A stretch of 64,000 nucleotides of DNA from Lingula anatina (Eukaryota; Animalia; Brachiopoda): assembly GCA_051362555.1 (NCBI GenBank), contig CM120642.1, positions 5,766,001-5,830,000 of the forward strand. Reading direction: 5' to 3'. Below the pieces are notes generated by a model. That model had not been told where the DNA came from. It was given only the letters and a program-made list of their open reading frames with translations, and searched no databases. Below are positions 1 through 12,821 of this stretch, one piece after another. The position numbers were made by a program, and so were the translations under genes. Each line of letters begins with the position of its first letter. The stretch's first letter is position 1.

Positions 1-334
1 ACAAAGAGATGAATATATTCATCTTTCTGAAGAGTGCTGTGACTTTTATGAAATGAATCTAACCTTTAACTCCATAAAATGAAATCACTGCAATCATTCT
101 AATATTACACTGTCTTGCCCTTCAAGAAAACAAATGAAGGGGCACAAAAGTTATGTACATTACTATACTATATCTCAAATCAAACATGCACTGCAACTCT
201 GTTCACCATTTTTACGTTGCGTTGTGTGTAACGCACAAGAACATATCACTTATATGTTTGTTTTGCAGTACTGATAAAAATAAACAATATAAATCTTTTT
301 TTAATTAATTATAAAAAAAAATAATAAAAAAGGC

Positions 335-1248
335 CTACTCTGAACACTGCCAGCAGTTCTTACAGAGGAAAACGTCCAAAAATGTCGGGGTTTTGGCGCA
401 AGTAAGATGTTCTTGTGCGTTACAAACAACGCAACGTAAAAACTCATACACTTCCTCCCCCAAATCCGTGGTGCTGCATGTTGGTGGCTCTATCCCGTTG
501 CAAATCCTGCATATCGGTGCCGGTCTAAAGGGTGTTCGTGGCGCCTCGTTTCCTTCCAGAGGTTCTACAACGACGAAATTTCCCTCTGCTACATTTCCCT
601 CTGATTTCTTTCTTCTCCCTCCTTCCTTCTTTTCTTTTCTGCGCTTCACCTCCAAGGCCCTCTGTGCCTTTCGCTCTTGGACCTCGGCCTTCTTCCTCTT
701 CCTCTCTTCGCCCGCTCTTCTTTTCTTCTCCTCTTTCTCCATCCTACGCTTAGCGTCATCTTCGGCTTTTCTCATTTTTTTACAGCTCTTCTTTTCTTCT
801 TTTCTTCCAAATCTTTCGCCTTTTGTTCTCTCCTTGCCTGCATCTCCTCTCGCTTTTTTTCTTTCTCTTCTCGTCTCTTGCTTTCTTCTTCTTCTTTCCT
901 TTTTCTTGTGTCATGGGCCTCATCTGCGGTTAACACTTGAGCTTTTGTGTAATCAGTCCCTCTACGTTTCCGACCAGGGGCGCTTTCGGCGGGAAAGATC
1001 AACAACTTCGCAATGGTAGGGGAAATGGCCCCCATTTTAACCATTGGGTGCTCTGATATATTGCACACTTGGCCACATGTATTGCACGAGTATGGTAATT
1101 CCGTCTGTGTGGTACCAGTGAAGTTAGCCCGAGAGATTGTAATCCAGCTTTTTAAATTAATTTCTTTTGATGCTTTTAAGTATGAAGAAGGCTTTTGGTT
1201 AAGTTTGGGCTTTAGATCGTAAAGATGAACTATTCCTATCGTTTTGAA
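335..1248 (-). pseudogene. C-terminal part of the pogo-like transposase: CxxC-HPMV region, K/E/R coiled coil, PHD finger; one frameshift
   Basis: Open frame ~1248-772 (SCNTCGQVCNISEHPMVKMG...KAQVLT...) continues after a 1-nt shift in an A7 run (~775-781) into ORF 335-775, which ends in CRIC...CVVC...H..C...CKNC (C4HC3-like PHD). Coiled-coil + PHD tails are known in pogo-like transposases. Confidence 0.7.
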
Positions 1249-1758
1249 TTACATATCAAACCATGTGTGACACCACCGCCGCCTCCAAGTCCATGTGTGG
1301 CACCACCGCCTCCTCCTCCTTTCCCAAGCCTCTGTGCGACACCCTTACCGTTGAGGTCTACATGTACAACTTTACCGCTACCGGTCACGTACACAGTTCC
1401 TCCTTTGTGTCCTACAGAATCAAGGAATCAGTCTTTCGGCCGGCCACCCGTCGCCTTGTCAAATAAAGAAATATTCGAAATTCGACAACGGGCCAGTTCC
1501 CCAGGCAACTTTTGCGTTCAGTTGATGGGAAGGTTGTTTACGATTGATGAACGAATACAAAAGAACAGAAATGTTACGGGTGTAGATGGGAGAGATCCTA
1601 TATGCAAATATAGACTGAACTATATTAAAGATATGGCTAACAAAATGTTTATCACTGAAACAACTGACAGGTCTTTTTGGAAAAAATGCATTTCGTCTAT
1701 GAACAAAGGTAATAGAAATATAAGGACATACTATAAAAATAAAACTCAATCTTGTTAA
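1225..1758 (+). CDS. BEN-domain protein fragment with Pro-rich repeats
   Basis: ASSPGNFCVQLMGRLFTIDER...NVTGVDGRDPICKYRLNYIK...WKKCISSMN fits the BEN-domain pattern. It is preceded by ~30-bp repeats encoding PCVTPPPPPS, and AATAAA follows at ~1793 and ~1833. Confidence 0.7.
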   Translation: MNYSYRFELHIKPCVTPPPPPSPCVAPPPPPPFPSLCATPLPLRSTCTTLPLPVTYTVPPLCPTESRNQSFGRPPVALSNKEIFEIRQRASSPGNFCVQLMGRLFTIDERIQKNRNVTGVDGRDPICKYRLNYIKDMANKMFITETTDRSFWKKCISSMNKGNRNIRTYYKNKTQSC

Positions 1759-2107
1759 TAATATGTATATAGCAAAGACAGTTTGAAGCCTAATAAATAT
1801 TACATGTACGAGTAGTGTTTTATTTGATCTTTAATAAATTCATAAATTCATTTATTAAACTCTATGTAAATTCAATCAATTCATAGCTACAATGTACACG
1901 AAAATTGCTGTCATCACCGAATCTTTTTGGTAAAGCGACTTTTTAAGATTACTGTTGGCAAGTTCTTATACTTAAAATCTCCGTATCAGAGTAGAGTGAT
2001 CAAAGTAGAGTGAAGCCACCGCACATTAAAGGTCAATTAACGCTTGGACGAACACTTAATAGCGACCGTGCACTCTCACCTTCGATCTTTATCTCAGCGA
2101 GCTAGGG

Positions 2108-3188
2108 TTAGGCTCTTTTGTTAGCAGAAAGTTTGTCACGATAATTGCCCGACGGGCAGGGTATGGAACTATTGTTAATAGAAACCAAACAGCGTATGGA
2201 TGACAATGTTATTTCCATAGTTACCGAGCCAGGCCGTCCGTACAACCCGCAGCAACCCGGAGGGTAAGTAAGGGGAGATTCCGGCGGCACTGTATTGTCT
2301 GTCTTGTCTGTCGGGCGTCCCAAGTCGTCGTAAACTGTCTGCGTTGCCATGTCCCTCTTGTCATTGTCGTCTGTCTCGCATTCCATAAGCAGAGTGCATA
2401 CTGTCTCCGTCTTAATCGTCATATCTTTGTTTTCTATAAATTTTGATTCGTCAATTGCACTTTTGTCCAGTGGATATATACCTGTGGTTTTGAAGGCATT
2501 TTGCAATTTTAAAGGAGTAAATGCTTTGGCACGTGCCGATTTAAGTATTGCTGGGAATGTACCCTTACTAATCACCAAATTCTTTCTAAGTAGGCTTGCC
2601 GATTTGGCAATCTTTCGGAATTCTAACTTCACATCTTTAAACACCTGGTCCATAGGCTGCAAGTAGTGGCTCGTATGGCTGGGTATATTAAGCAGAATTA
2701 CACCATTGTCTCTGGCACAGTCGATTAGTTCTTTTGATGCATGCGCCGCTAAATTGTCCTGAATTAAAATAATCGGGCCATTTCTTTCTGTATGTTTCAA
2801 GAAAATCTTTTGAAACCAATCTAGATATTTATCAGAATCAACGTATCCAGAGGGAGAGGAACCGTACACGGAGTTCAGAGGACCTTGGAACAAAGTGTCG
2901 TCGGCAGGTAAGCAGCCTTCAAAAATGATCATGGGCGGCAGCAGATCCCCCATTGCATTGGCACATTCCAAAACTGTAATATGGCCGGAGGAAGTGATCG
3001 ACCTCTCGTAAGGAAAGGTCTTTCCTTTCGCAGCTACAATTTTTGTGCTTGCCTGAGACTGAAAATATGTTTCATCACAGTTATAGATGCAACCCGGTTT
3101 TCCTTCAAGATTATGCTTTACAAGCGTATCTTTGAGCAAAATGAAAAAACCATCCGCAATTGTTTTCTGTAACATTACCGCTCGCCCT
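2108..3188 (-). mobile_element. pogo/Fot-like DD35D (DDE_1) transposase, catalytic-domain exon
   Basis: ORF 2108-3175 has IYNCDET ... ILIQDN(35 aa)...HTSHYLQPMD, plus PPMIIFEG and SGYVDS motifs typical of pogo-family DDE_1 domains. Splice acceptor (tttttttcag) at ~3189. No N-terminal HTH exon was found. Confidence 0.88.
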
Positions 3189-3559
3189 CTGAAAAAAAGG
3201 GAACTTATCCATGTTAATGTGAAAAAAAAAATTGGTTCATATTTATTAAATAATGTTTTCTTATTTTCCGATATCCGTTCTTATCTTTAGATGAAGACAA
3301 TTTTTATTTTCTTATAATTTTCATTTATTTAGCATGGTTTTATTTTATCTCACAATATTGCACCTATTAATCTGCCCTGGTTTTCTTAGGGACAACTTTG
3401 GATGTATGAAGAGTGAGCTTACGTTCGTCAAAGTCGCAATGAGCGGTAAAGTTTGACCTTGGCAACATCATTAGTTTGGCTACTAGACCTATTTCTCTGG
3501 AGAGTGTGAGTGGAAATTCCTGATAACAGATTTTAAGGTATCTTTCAATCATTATCAAC

Positions 3560-3830
3560 TTTTTGTATGAGATTCACGTTTCACAATAAATACAATGTAA
3601 AAAAAAACATAGAAATACAATATGGTTTTCATATTTTACCACCAAAATGGCAGTTATGACAATTATTCTGGAATCCATTTCTTGCAATCCGACCACGTGA
3701 CTGCCACAGATGACTTTACTCTGTAATAATCTATAATATATAATAATAAACAGGGTAAACAGGTGGGGGGAGGTGGTCATTTACTCCAAGAAAATCCATT
3801 TTGGGCTGAAATGAACAGCTTTCTCTTACA
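3560..3830. mobile_element. Degenerate copy of the same Kolobok/T2-like MITE
   Basis: Shares tttcacaataaa, accaccaaaatggca, accacgtgac, ataatct and aaatgaacag blocks with 10888-11222. Confidence 0.55.
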
Positions 3831-5112
3831 TATTCAAGAAGAAATAACTAAACTAAATAACTAAATGTAAAAAAAAATTGAAAAATTGGAAATAAATTTA
3901 TTTTTAAAACAATGGTACATGTATACATGCTATTCAGTCCACATTGGCACTTAACTAAGAATACACAAAATATTCGGTTATACAAAGTGAATAAAAATGA
4001 AAAAATATATAAATGAAAAGAAAAATAATTCAAATAACTAATAAAGAAATCACTATCATTGCACTATAGGTTGGACTTAATGTCTTTCCTTTTTTCTTTT
4101 TCGCTTAAGAAATTTTCGTACATGCTGTCTTCACATGCATTACATGAGATGAGATCTGGCGTTCAGAGGCGGATCCAGGATTTTTAGGGTCCGATTTTTA
4201 GGAATGACAGGCCTCGGATACGAAGCGGGCCCTCGGCCCCCTTGTGGTGGGGTTCGGGGCCCGCTGAATGACCCCAAAATATACGGTGCCATTGGGAACG
4301 GTTAATAACTATAAATAGCTAGTCACAATTCCAATTTCAAGTGGAGCATATCAGTATGATTTTTTTATCAGAAATCAAAAGGGGGGGGGGTAACCCCCTT
4401 TCTAAATCGATTATCTCAATTCTCAAATATTGAACTTGATACACTGCCCAACGTAGCCCCCTTCTGCGCTGCTCAATGTAATTTCGGCTTTAGGAATGCA
4501 TTTAGTAATCCTAATATTAAAATAATAGATACATGATTTAAATAAGATATGAAGAGAATTATAAAAAAAAAGAAAAAAAGAATAGTAAACAGGGCTTTAT
4601 AAGAAGGGCCTGGAAGCAGTCACACTCTTCCTATAAAAACCATAAAGTTTTGTTGGTCTTGCATCGACAGTAAAATCATATTTATTGCGATAAATATTTT
4701 TTCTTTGAGACCATGTTTCTAGGAGCTCAAAGATGAAGGACGCATTGCCCTCAAGGCAACAAGCTAGTCTGTTTTATATTTTAGGCCACATATTGTCCTT
4801 GATGTTTTTTCATCAATGCTCTGCATGTGAAATATCTTCACTTCTTGGATCGATTTCACCACGTTCAATGATTACATAACCCAATACATATGATCGATTG
4901 TCTACGTTGATCTACAGAGTTACCTGCTGTTCCAATGCGTTATTTATACGCACTGGGTTAAGCTGGAAGTAACGTGAATTTGATAGGCATTGAAAACATT
5001 TTAAAAAGTGGGGGAATTCGGTAAATTGTCTTACAAACTAACCCTAGACATCTTGACTTAGCAAGGAAAGATTTAACTTGGAGCAAAACGCGTGGAATCT
5101 ACGTATTTTGTA

Positions 5113-8056
5113 ATGTCACTGAGAAGAGCTGTACTCTTAGGGGTAATCACCGCCTTGGTGATTCTTCTACATCTGTCCAAGACGGACGCAGCAGTGTGTA
5201 AGTTTTTTTAATAAGTCTTCAACAATGGAAAGGCATGCTTGAGTTGATGAGAATCATCATCTATATCCATGCACATGTAGGGGAGACCGGGGCTAGTTGG
5301 CCCAGTTAGAAACTTTTGGCTTTGTAGAGCCAACTGGGAATGAGTTACAGCAATAAAATGATGGATATGATGGATTATTTATAATAAGGCATTTACTTAC
5401 ATTATGTCAAAAGGCCATTCACGTTGGAATGATGAGAAAATGCTAGAATTATTTTCAGTTTTGTTACTTTATCTTCACAGTTAACGTATTTAAAATAAAA
5501 TCATCTACAGTGTATATATTCAGTTGATCGGCTGAAGCATCTAAGACGTAAACGCAACATCGTCATTGAGACTAAAAGTCTAGAGTTATAAGAATACTGA
5601 AAACGTGCTAGTTTGCAAATTATTGGATTATTTCTCCTTCATGGGACAACCTTAATCAAGAGTCATGAAGATCATTATGTATTTTTTAAAACCATTCTTT
5701 CTCATGGTGAGAAGCGCCGATATTCAATTTCAATTTCACAATATATGTGCTTTTCAGTTACGATGCTGAACGGAGAGGCTTACTTCGACGGTTCGAATCA
5801 AACCGAATTTTCAAGCGGTGAGTCAGTTTTTGATTGTCCCATCTTAACTTCCCCAGGGAGGTCCTTGTTGAATACCCCCTCCTCCCTATCCCGGCCTCCC
5901 GCCGAAACACTTCTCCCTCCAGGACAATACCCCCTCATGATGTTCCCCTCCCCTCCCAAATTTTACGTAAAATTGACCTTGTGATTGTACATGAACATGC
6001 AAATAATAAACCGGAGTAATGTCTTCCTTGTCATGGTAGACTGTAAAAGCATTACACGCGAGTTATAACGCATCTTGTTATCGCTGTGTTCTTCTGTAGC
6101 CTGTATACCCTCTTCATTTTTCCCTTACATGTTCAAAAGAAAACGCAGTAATTGCTCTACTTGTAGAATCTTCCAAAGACTGTTTTACAGTTTCTAGAAC
6201 GTTGGGCTGCATTGGTCCTTTACTTATTTACTCTCTTACTTATGACTATTCAGATATCAAATATTGACTCATTACAACAAGGAGTACTTTTAGAAAATTA
6301 ATAGACTTCGAGATTATTCCTATACCTTAATTTGTTTTATCGTCGTAATCAAAGACCACGAGGGTGGTGCGAGACACTGCAAGATTTATTGAATCTACAT
6401 TACATGTAAACCGATCCTTTTACATGAAAATAATATTATAATTTGTATGCAAATAATGGTCCTCTTTACCTGTCTTGGTGTCAATTAATGAGATGAGTCT
6501 ATGTGTTCTTAGACGAAAAAATAAAGAGATGTTCATTAAAAGACTGGCCCGTTTTGCCTTAGGCCTACTTCCTCTCAAAAAGGTGGTATTTAGCGACAAC
6601 AAGCCCGTTGATGTAACTGATATTGTAATTTATTATAACCAATGGACGTCTTTGATATAACTTATAATGTGCCAGCGTGTAATGACAAAATGTCTACTGA
6701 TACAAGTACTTTACATTGAGGCCGTCTTCTGGGTCTTCCGGAAGACGATCTTATTTTCAAGTTTACATTGACGGGTATCTATTTTTTTATTATTTTTTTT
6801 TTTTTTGTCTCAAGACGGTCAAAAATAGAGGATGGATCAACAAACATAATTTGGAAGATTGTCTGAAAATAGCTCTGGACCCGCCCTTGCATTATATGCA
6901 TACAAGAAGATAACACTAGGTTTCCGTATTATAACACTAAACTAATAACGTTAACCTTACAAACCGTTATTAAAGCAAGTTTCTCGTGTAACTTCCCCCA
7001 AGGAGTTCCAACAGGATCTCCTTGCTTCCCCTTAAAATCACTTCATGCAGATCAGATGAGGGGTAATTTCTTTTATCAGAGATTTCTTGTACAGATATTG
7101 CTAGTATAATTATATTGTTTGGCATGTCTTAAATTTATAAAATTTTTATCGCTGCAACAATTATTAAATAGTGGGTCTACAAACAGTTTGGTAGAGTATT
7201 TGCATAAGTAAACTTTCTAATACATGTAGTATTGCACCATACTGTCAACTATCGACCAAGGGATGGTCAATGCATATATGTTCGGCGGGAGATCAATTTT
7301 ATGACTTAATACCTCGAACAAGAAATATTTTGCCAATTGAAAATGATAGAAAATCAATTGATCACTGTGTTGTGGACAATTTTCCCACTTTGCAACAGCA
7401 TTGGTTAGACGGTTACGCTGATGGCGCACGATATAAATAGTATCGTTACAAATGTGTCACTTGGACCATAGAAGCGTTTTATCCTTCCAAGCTTTTTAAT
7501 TCCTCACTGAAAGTGTTATTGATTGTGCCCTGCAGCAAGTCACATACACCAGTATACATAGGTGTAGGAGAAAGGTTGGGTTGGAATGGGTTGCAACCCA
7601 CGTCAGGCATAGGCGCAAAAATTAGGTGGTTAAGGGGATATCATGTATCACTTACTTTACATTTGCTTCCTCCTTCTACTTGCCTGAATGTGGGACTGAT
7701 ACTGAGATATATAAAACCAAAGCTTCCCTAATTACTGACCAGTTTTATTTAGAACAAAAGCGGGCATCCACTGGTGGTTTTATGACGAATCTACTTTTGC
7801 AGAAACTGTTTGAATTTCAATTTAATTGACCCACCCCATTCCGTGTATCGATATACATGTATTTGATAAGTAGGAAGGGGAGGTAGGCATGAGGTTAAGA
7901 AAAGAACAATATCCCTTATAGTACCTTAAAGTACTCAATTCGTTTCTTTTTTCAGCGAGCTTGGCGACATTTGGGGGCGCAGATCACACTGTTGTAGCCT
8001 GGTTCAAGACTTACGCAAGTAGCGGAAGCATCGTCGCCAAAACAGCAAGCGGTTGT

Positions 8057-8100
<44 letters not shown>

Positions 8101-11100
8101 GGAGAAACGTAGGGAAAGATGTAAAAAGAAAAAAAAAGAAGCAAAACGTGGGGAAAGATGTAAAAAAAAGAGCCTGAGAAAAGAAAGGCGTTAGAAATCA
8201 ATATTACTGTTTGACACTTCTTTAAATAAATAAATAAATCTACTTTTCCATAGATTTTGAAAAAAAGTGTTCGGTGTAGGCCTACTTGTACTGTACTCGT
8301 CGAACTCGTTTAAATATTTTAATCCATTCGTTTGCTTTGTTTACTAATTTATTTCGATGTCTGCTAACACACAAGCTAATGAAGTAATCTGTTGATAGAA
8401 ATGTATACGTGCTGCAGACGGAGCCATTGTCATACATGTAGCTAGACTTTTCAATTTTATGCGTAGTTTTCAATTCAAACTCTAATCATGATCTGAAAGT
8501 TTTGTTCTCTACGAAAAGAGGTTAAACATATTTCAGCTGTTGAAGGACCTAGTTAATGTTTTAAAATTTGCATTTATATTACAGCAAGCTGGCAAACAAG
8601 AGGAAAGTGTTTTTATATTCGAGACGGAAATCTTCAGGTTGACTCACACGGCATTGGGTACATTCGTAAGTTGAATCAAAATAAAAATGATAAAGTCATT
8701 TTTAGCAATACATATTTTATGAAATATAACCCCCCCCCCCCCCCCCCCCCCCTTCTTCCAAACACACACACATGTAAGTTTGCAGTCCCGCACTTTGATA
8801 CAAATGAGCCATTTTGTGTCGTTTCAGAGGGATCCAAGGTTGTGAACGACGGGAAATGGCACATGGCCGCCTGGCAGTTCACTGCATCCAGCAACTCGTG
8901 AGTTGGCACACAGTAACAAGATCTCTAACAAACATTCAAATTTCTAGTAGATAGCCCTTAGTCTTATTGAACTATGTGATAAATTTCACTTAAAGTTTTA
9001 GAGGTAGCCTATATTGAGCAAAACATGTTTGCACGAAATACTCCATGAAACGCATCTGTGTCCGGTTTGGTACACTCTCATTGCTCTATCTCGTGTTTTA
9101 GAGATGATCATTTCATCAATCTAAAACCTCTTTGTGAAAAAAATCCGTTTGAGATGATATGATTGTGCTAGCTGTGAATGCGACAGTGAGGATGATTGTT
9201 CATGGAAGTAGGTATACACGGTTGTATTGGCAGATTGCTCTCTCGTCTCAACTACCACAATTGATATTGATTCCCCGTCGGACAAGAACATATATTTTGA
9301 CCTGAAATGGCAGATGCCTGTGAAAGACCGGGTGAATGAAGCTTTTTTCATTTTATTGCCAGGTTATCGATACATGTACATTAGCTATAGCCGTGTGAAC
9401 TTGTTATAATTACAACAGAAGCATGCTAATGGTGCCGTATAGTTATAAGTGTCCAGTGACCTCTGCCACTGGGGGCAGGGACATAAATAGAATTCATTAT
9501 TGTTGTTTTATGTTGATTGGAATTGTATGCTAAAATAAATTATAGGTTATTTACGTAATGTTATTGGAATATATAATACTTTGAAAACAGTGCAACTGAT
9601 GTTTTGAGGGTAATTATATAAACTTAAAAAGTATGATTTAGGAAAGATTCATTCTGTACTAATTAAGTATGTAAAAAGGCTTTGAACAGTTGTTCCTAAT
9701 CTGCTTAAAAAAATTTAAAAAAAAAAAAACCCTCTTGGTGTCTGAATTGCCAGCTGCTGTTGCTGCCTTGTAGCTATTATCAACAGTATCATTCAGTGAT
9801 GCAGTCTTTATTCATTTTTTTATTAATCTTTATAGATATAGAATATCGTTAGATGGCAAGCACGATACATCATCATCACTAGCCCTTGCCACCGACTCCA
9901 ACAACCATGTATTGCGTTTAGGAAATTGTGCTGATAACTTCATTGGAAAATTAACAGGGCATCTGCGATCTGTTGTAGTCTATGATTATAGACTGTCAAA
10001 CAACGGGATTCATTATCTGTACAGGAACAGTTTTAGTAAGTGGCTTTTTTTTTTTCTTTTGTTGTTGTGATATACCTAAATGTAATTAAAGTAGAAAATG
10101 AGTTGAAATCTCCGGGAAAGTAAAATTTTCCTTTGTAAAGGTTTGTGTTCCTTTAAAATGAAAATTTTGGTAAAGGCAGAGCATAAATTTGACAAACATT
10201 ATATGTATAGTTTCAGATTATTTAGATAGATAGATATATTTTTACAGACCAGCGAGAACTTATTTGGAATTCACAGACAGAATTCAACAATGGTGTGTAT
10301 TACTCGGTTTCCACTGCACAGTGGAAGACCGTAGGAACATGGTGGAAATTATTTAACAACTTTGGCAAAGTTGATTTTTCACTGTCAGTTTGGGTGAAGA
10401 CATCCAATGATGGAATTTTGATGATGAGGTCAGATAGTTCTGGTAAGTACCAATCTTCCCTTTTGATTTTGATTTTGACCGACACATTTATAATAATAAG
10501 TAACACCATAATTTACTGCTCCTGTCAATCATTTGGCAAAAAAGCCTTAGCTGGTTAAATATCTATCAATCTGTGTATTGGTGTTATTGACTTAGCTGCA
10601 TGGCCTTGAGGATATATATATATATATATATATATTAACAAACCTTACTCTGAAATATAAATGATGTGTAGATATCCTATGGAGTACATGTACATATACT
10701 GGTGTAATTAGTGCATGCTGTATTAAGTAATTTGGTGTCTTCAATATTTTTAGTTTGTTAAGTATCAAATGTCACTTATTGTGTTTCAGGCTCTTGGGTT
10801 TACAGAGGAAAACAGTTCTACATTAACTCTGGAAAGATTAAATTTGATGCTCATAGTGTTGGTAATATAGGTAAGATACATGTTTAAAGGGATAACAACT
10901 CTTTGTATGAAACCTATATTTCACAATAAAAACATTGTAGACAACTCAAGGAAATGTAATATATTCTATTTCACCACCAAAAATGGCACTTAAAGCAATT
11001 ATTCTAAAATCTGTGCTTGTCATCCAACCATGTGACCTCCATAGATGGCTATAGTCTATAATAATCTCTTCAGAGATTATTACAGAAAAGCAAACTTTCT

Positions 11101-12763
11101 AGAAAAATAAACAGGACTAAATTTGAATGTAGAAATGGATTCATTAACCATTGAAAAGAATGGGAAAATTGTTTACCACAGGAAAATTAATTTTTTGGCC
11201 AAAATGAACAGTTGTTATCCCTTTAAGTGAATTGGGCAAAAATTGTTCAGAATGTTGACAAGCAGCAAGATTCATAATTTTAGTTAGGGTGGTTTTTTGA
11301 TCATGACAACAACAGCATTCAAGTTTTTCTTTTGTCAAATAAAAAATGTGTCCCATTATCAAAGCAGTGTCCCATACATTTGAAAAACAAATGCAAAAAA
11401 TAATATTAATAAAACAGAAAATAATACAAAACTGATTTCCTCAAAATTAAGAGTTTGTTGCACTTGTTTCCCAATGCAACTTGTCATTTTTTTCTAGCCT
11501 TACAGTTATGGTATGCTGTAACACACTGCTTTCCATATACTTGTATTTGACTGGCTTTGTAAGAAAATCATATATTTTTATTTTACATAAAAAGGTTAAT
11601 TAGTTTAGTTAAAATACCAGTAGTATCTTAATATTGCAGTAGCTAATGTTCAAGATTGACTAATGAAAAGTACATCATATTGAAAATTCCGTTAGACAAG
11701 TGCTGTTTTGTAATTGTAGCAGTTACTATTGATTTAGAAATATTTCCATGAATTAACATGTAGTTTTCTTTGTTTAAAGCGGGAACAAGTACAGTAACAG
11801 ATGACCAGTGGCATTATCTTGTATTTACCCAGGACATAGAGACAGAAACGTAAGGACATATTTTTAATATAATTTTTCATATAATGCAAATTGTGACATA
11901 ATAAATTTGTTATTTTTTTGTATAACTGTAATTTTAAATGCCTGCTGGTGTTTCAGCATGCAGGTTTTCACACCTGTAAAATTTTGAAATAAATTTTATG
12001 TTGTAAGCACCACCAGTCTGTGCAAATTTCCACTACAAACTCCCATGGTCATGCATTTCAGAGGCAATTGGAAATAGTAGATTTGTAGGCATGGAGATAC
12101 GAAACAGTAGAAAGTTGAAATAATTTCCAATGTCTTCTGAATTTTAGGATGTCAAATAGAGACCCCTGTTTCAGTCAAATTTAATTGTCTTGCTTTACAG
12201 TTGGAAGATATATGTGGATGGAGTACTGGAGAATGAGAAAACGGTGACAGTGCTTGAGGACACTGGCGACTCCCATACCATCTCTTTCCCCAAAACGTTT
12301 ATTGGGACATTAGAAGGACTTTTCTACTACACCTACACTCTGACAGCAGAGGAGATATCATCGAGATACAATGGCTATCCAGGTATGGGATTTTACAGTG
12401 AAATAACCATAGCACTGTAATGAAGTGATTATATTCAAACAGGTTCAATGCATTTGTACTTGATTTAAATACATTAAATACATTCAGCAGTATGATAGGT
12501 TTAAATTAAGATTCCATGAAAACTGAGTTGATAAGTACATGTATACTGGTTCAGAACTTAATTCTATATAAGATACTAATGGTATTTCTTTCATTTTTGC
12601 AACATTTTTGGTCCATTCTTAAAGCACTGGTAATGTTTGAATTTTGCATGTCTAGCAAGTAGTCATAGTACAAATTCTAACTAAAGTTTTTTTATGTACT
12701 TTAATTCCTACAATAATAATTTCATATGGATGAACAATAATAATAACTTAGAATAATGATAAA

Positions 12764-12821
<58 letters not shown>

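Noticed and set aside
393-1019. Plus-strand Phe/Ser/Leu-rich ORFs
   Set aside because: Antisense shadows of the K/E/R coiled-coil coding region.
5280-5720. GGGGAGACCGGGGCTAGTTG pogo-like TIR as an end of the left transposase element
   Set aside because: No partner TIR was found, it points away from the transposase, and it lies within intron 1 of the mosaic gene.
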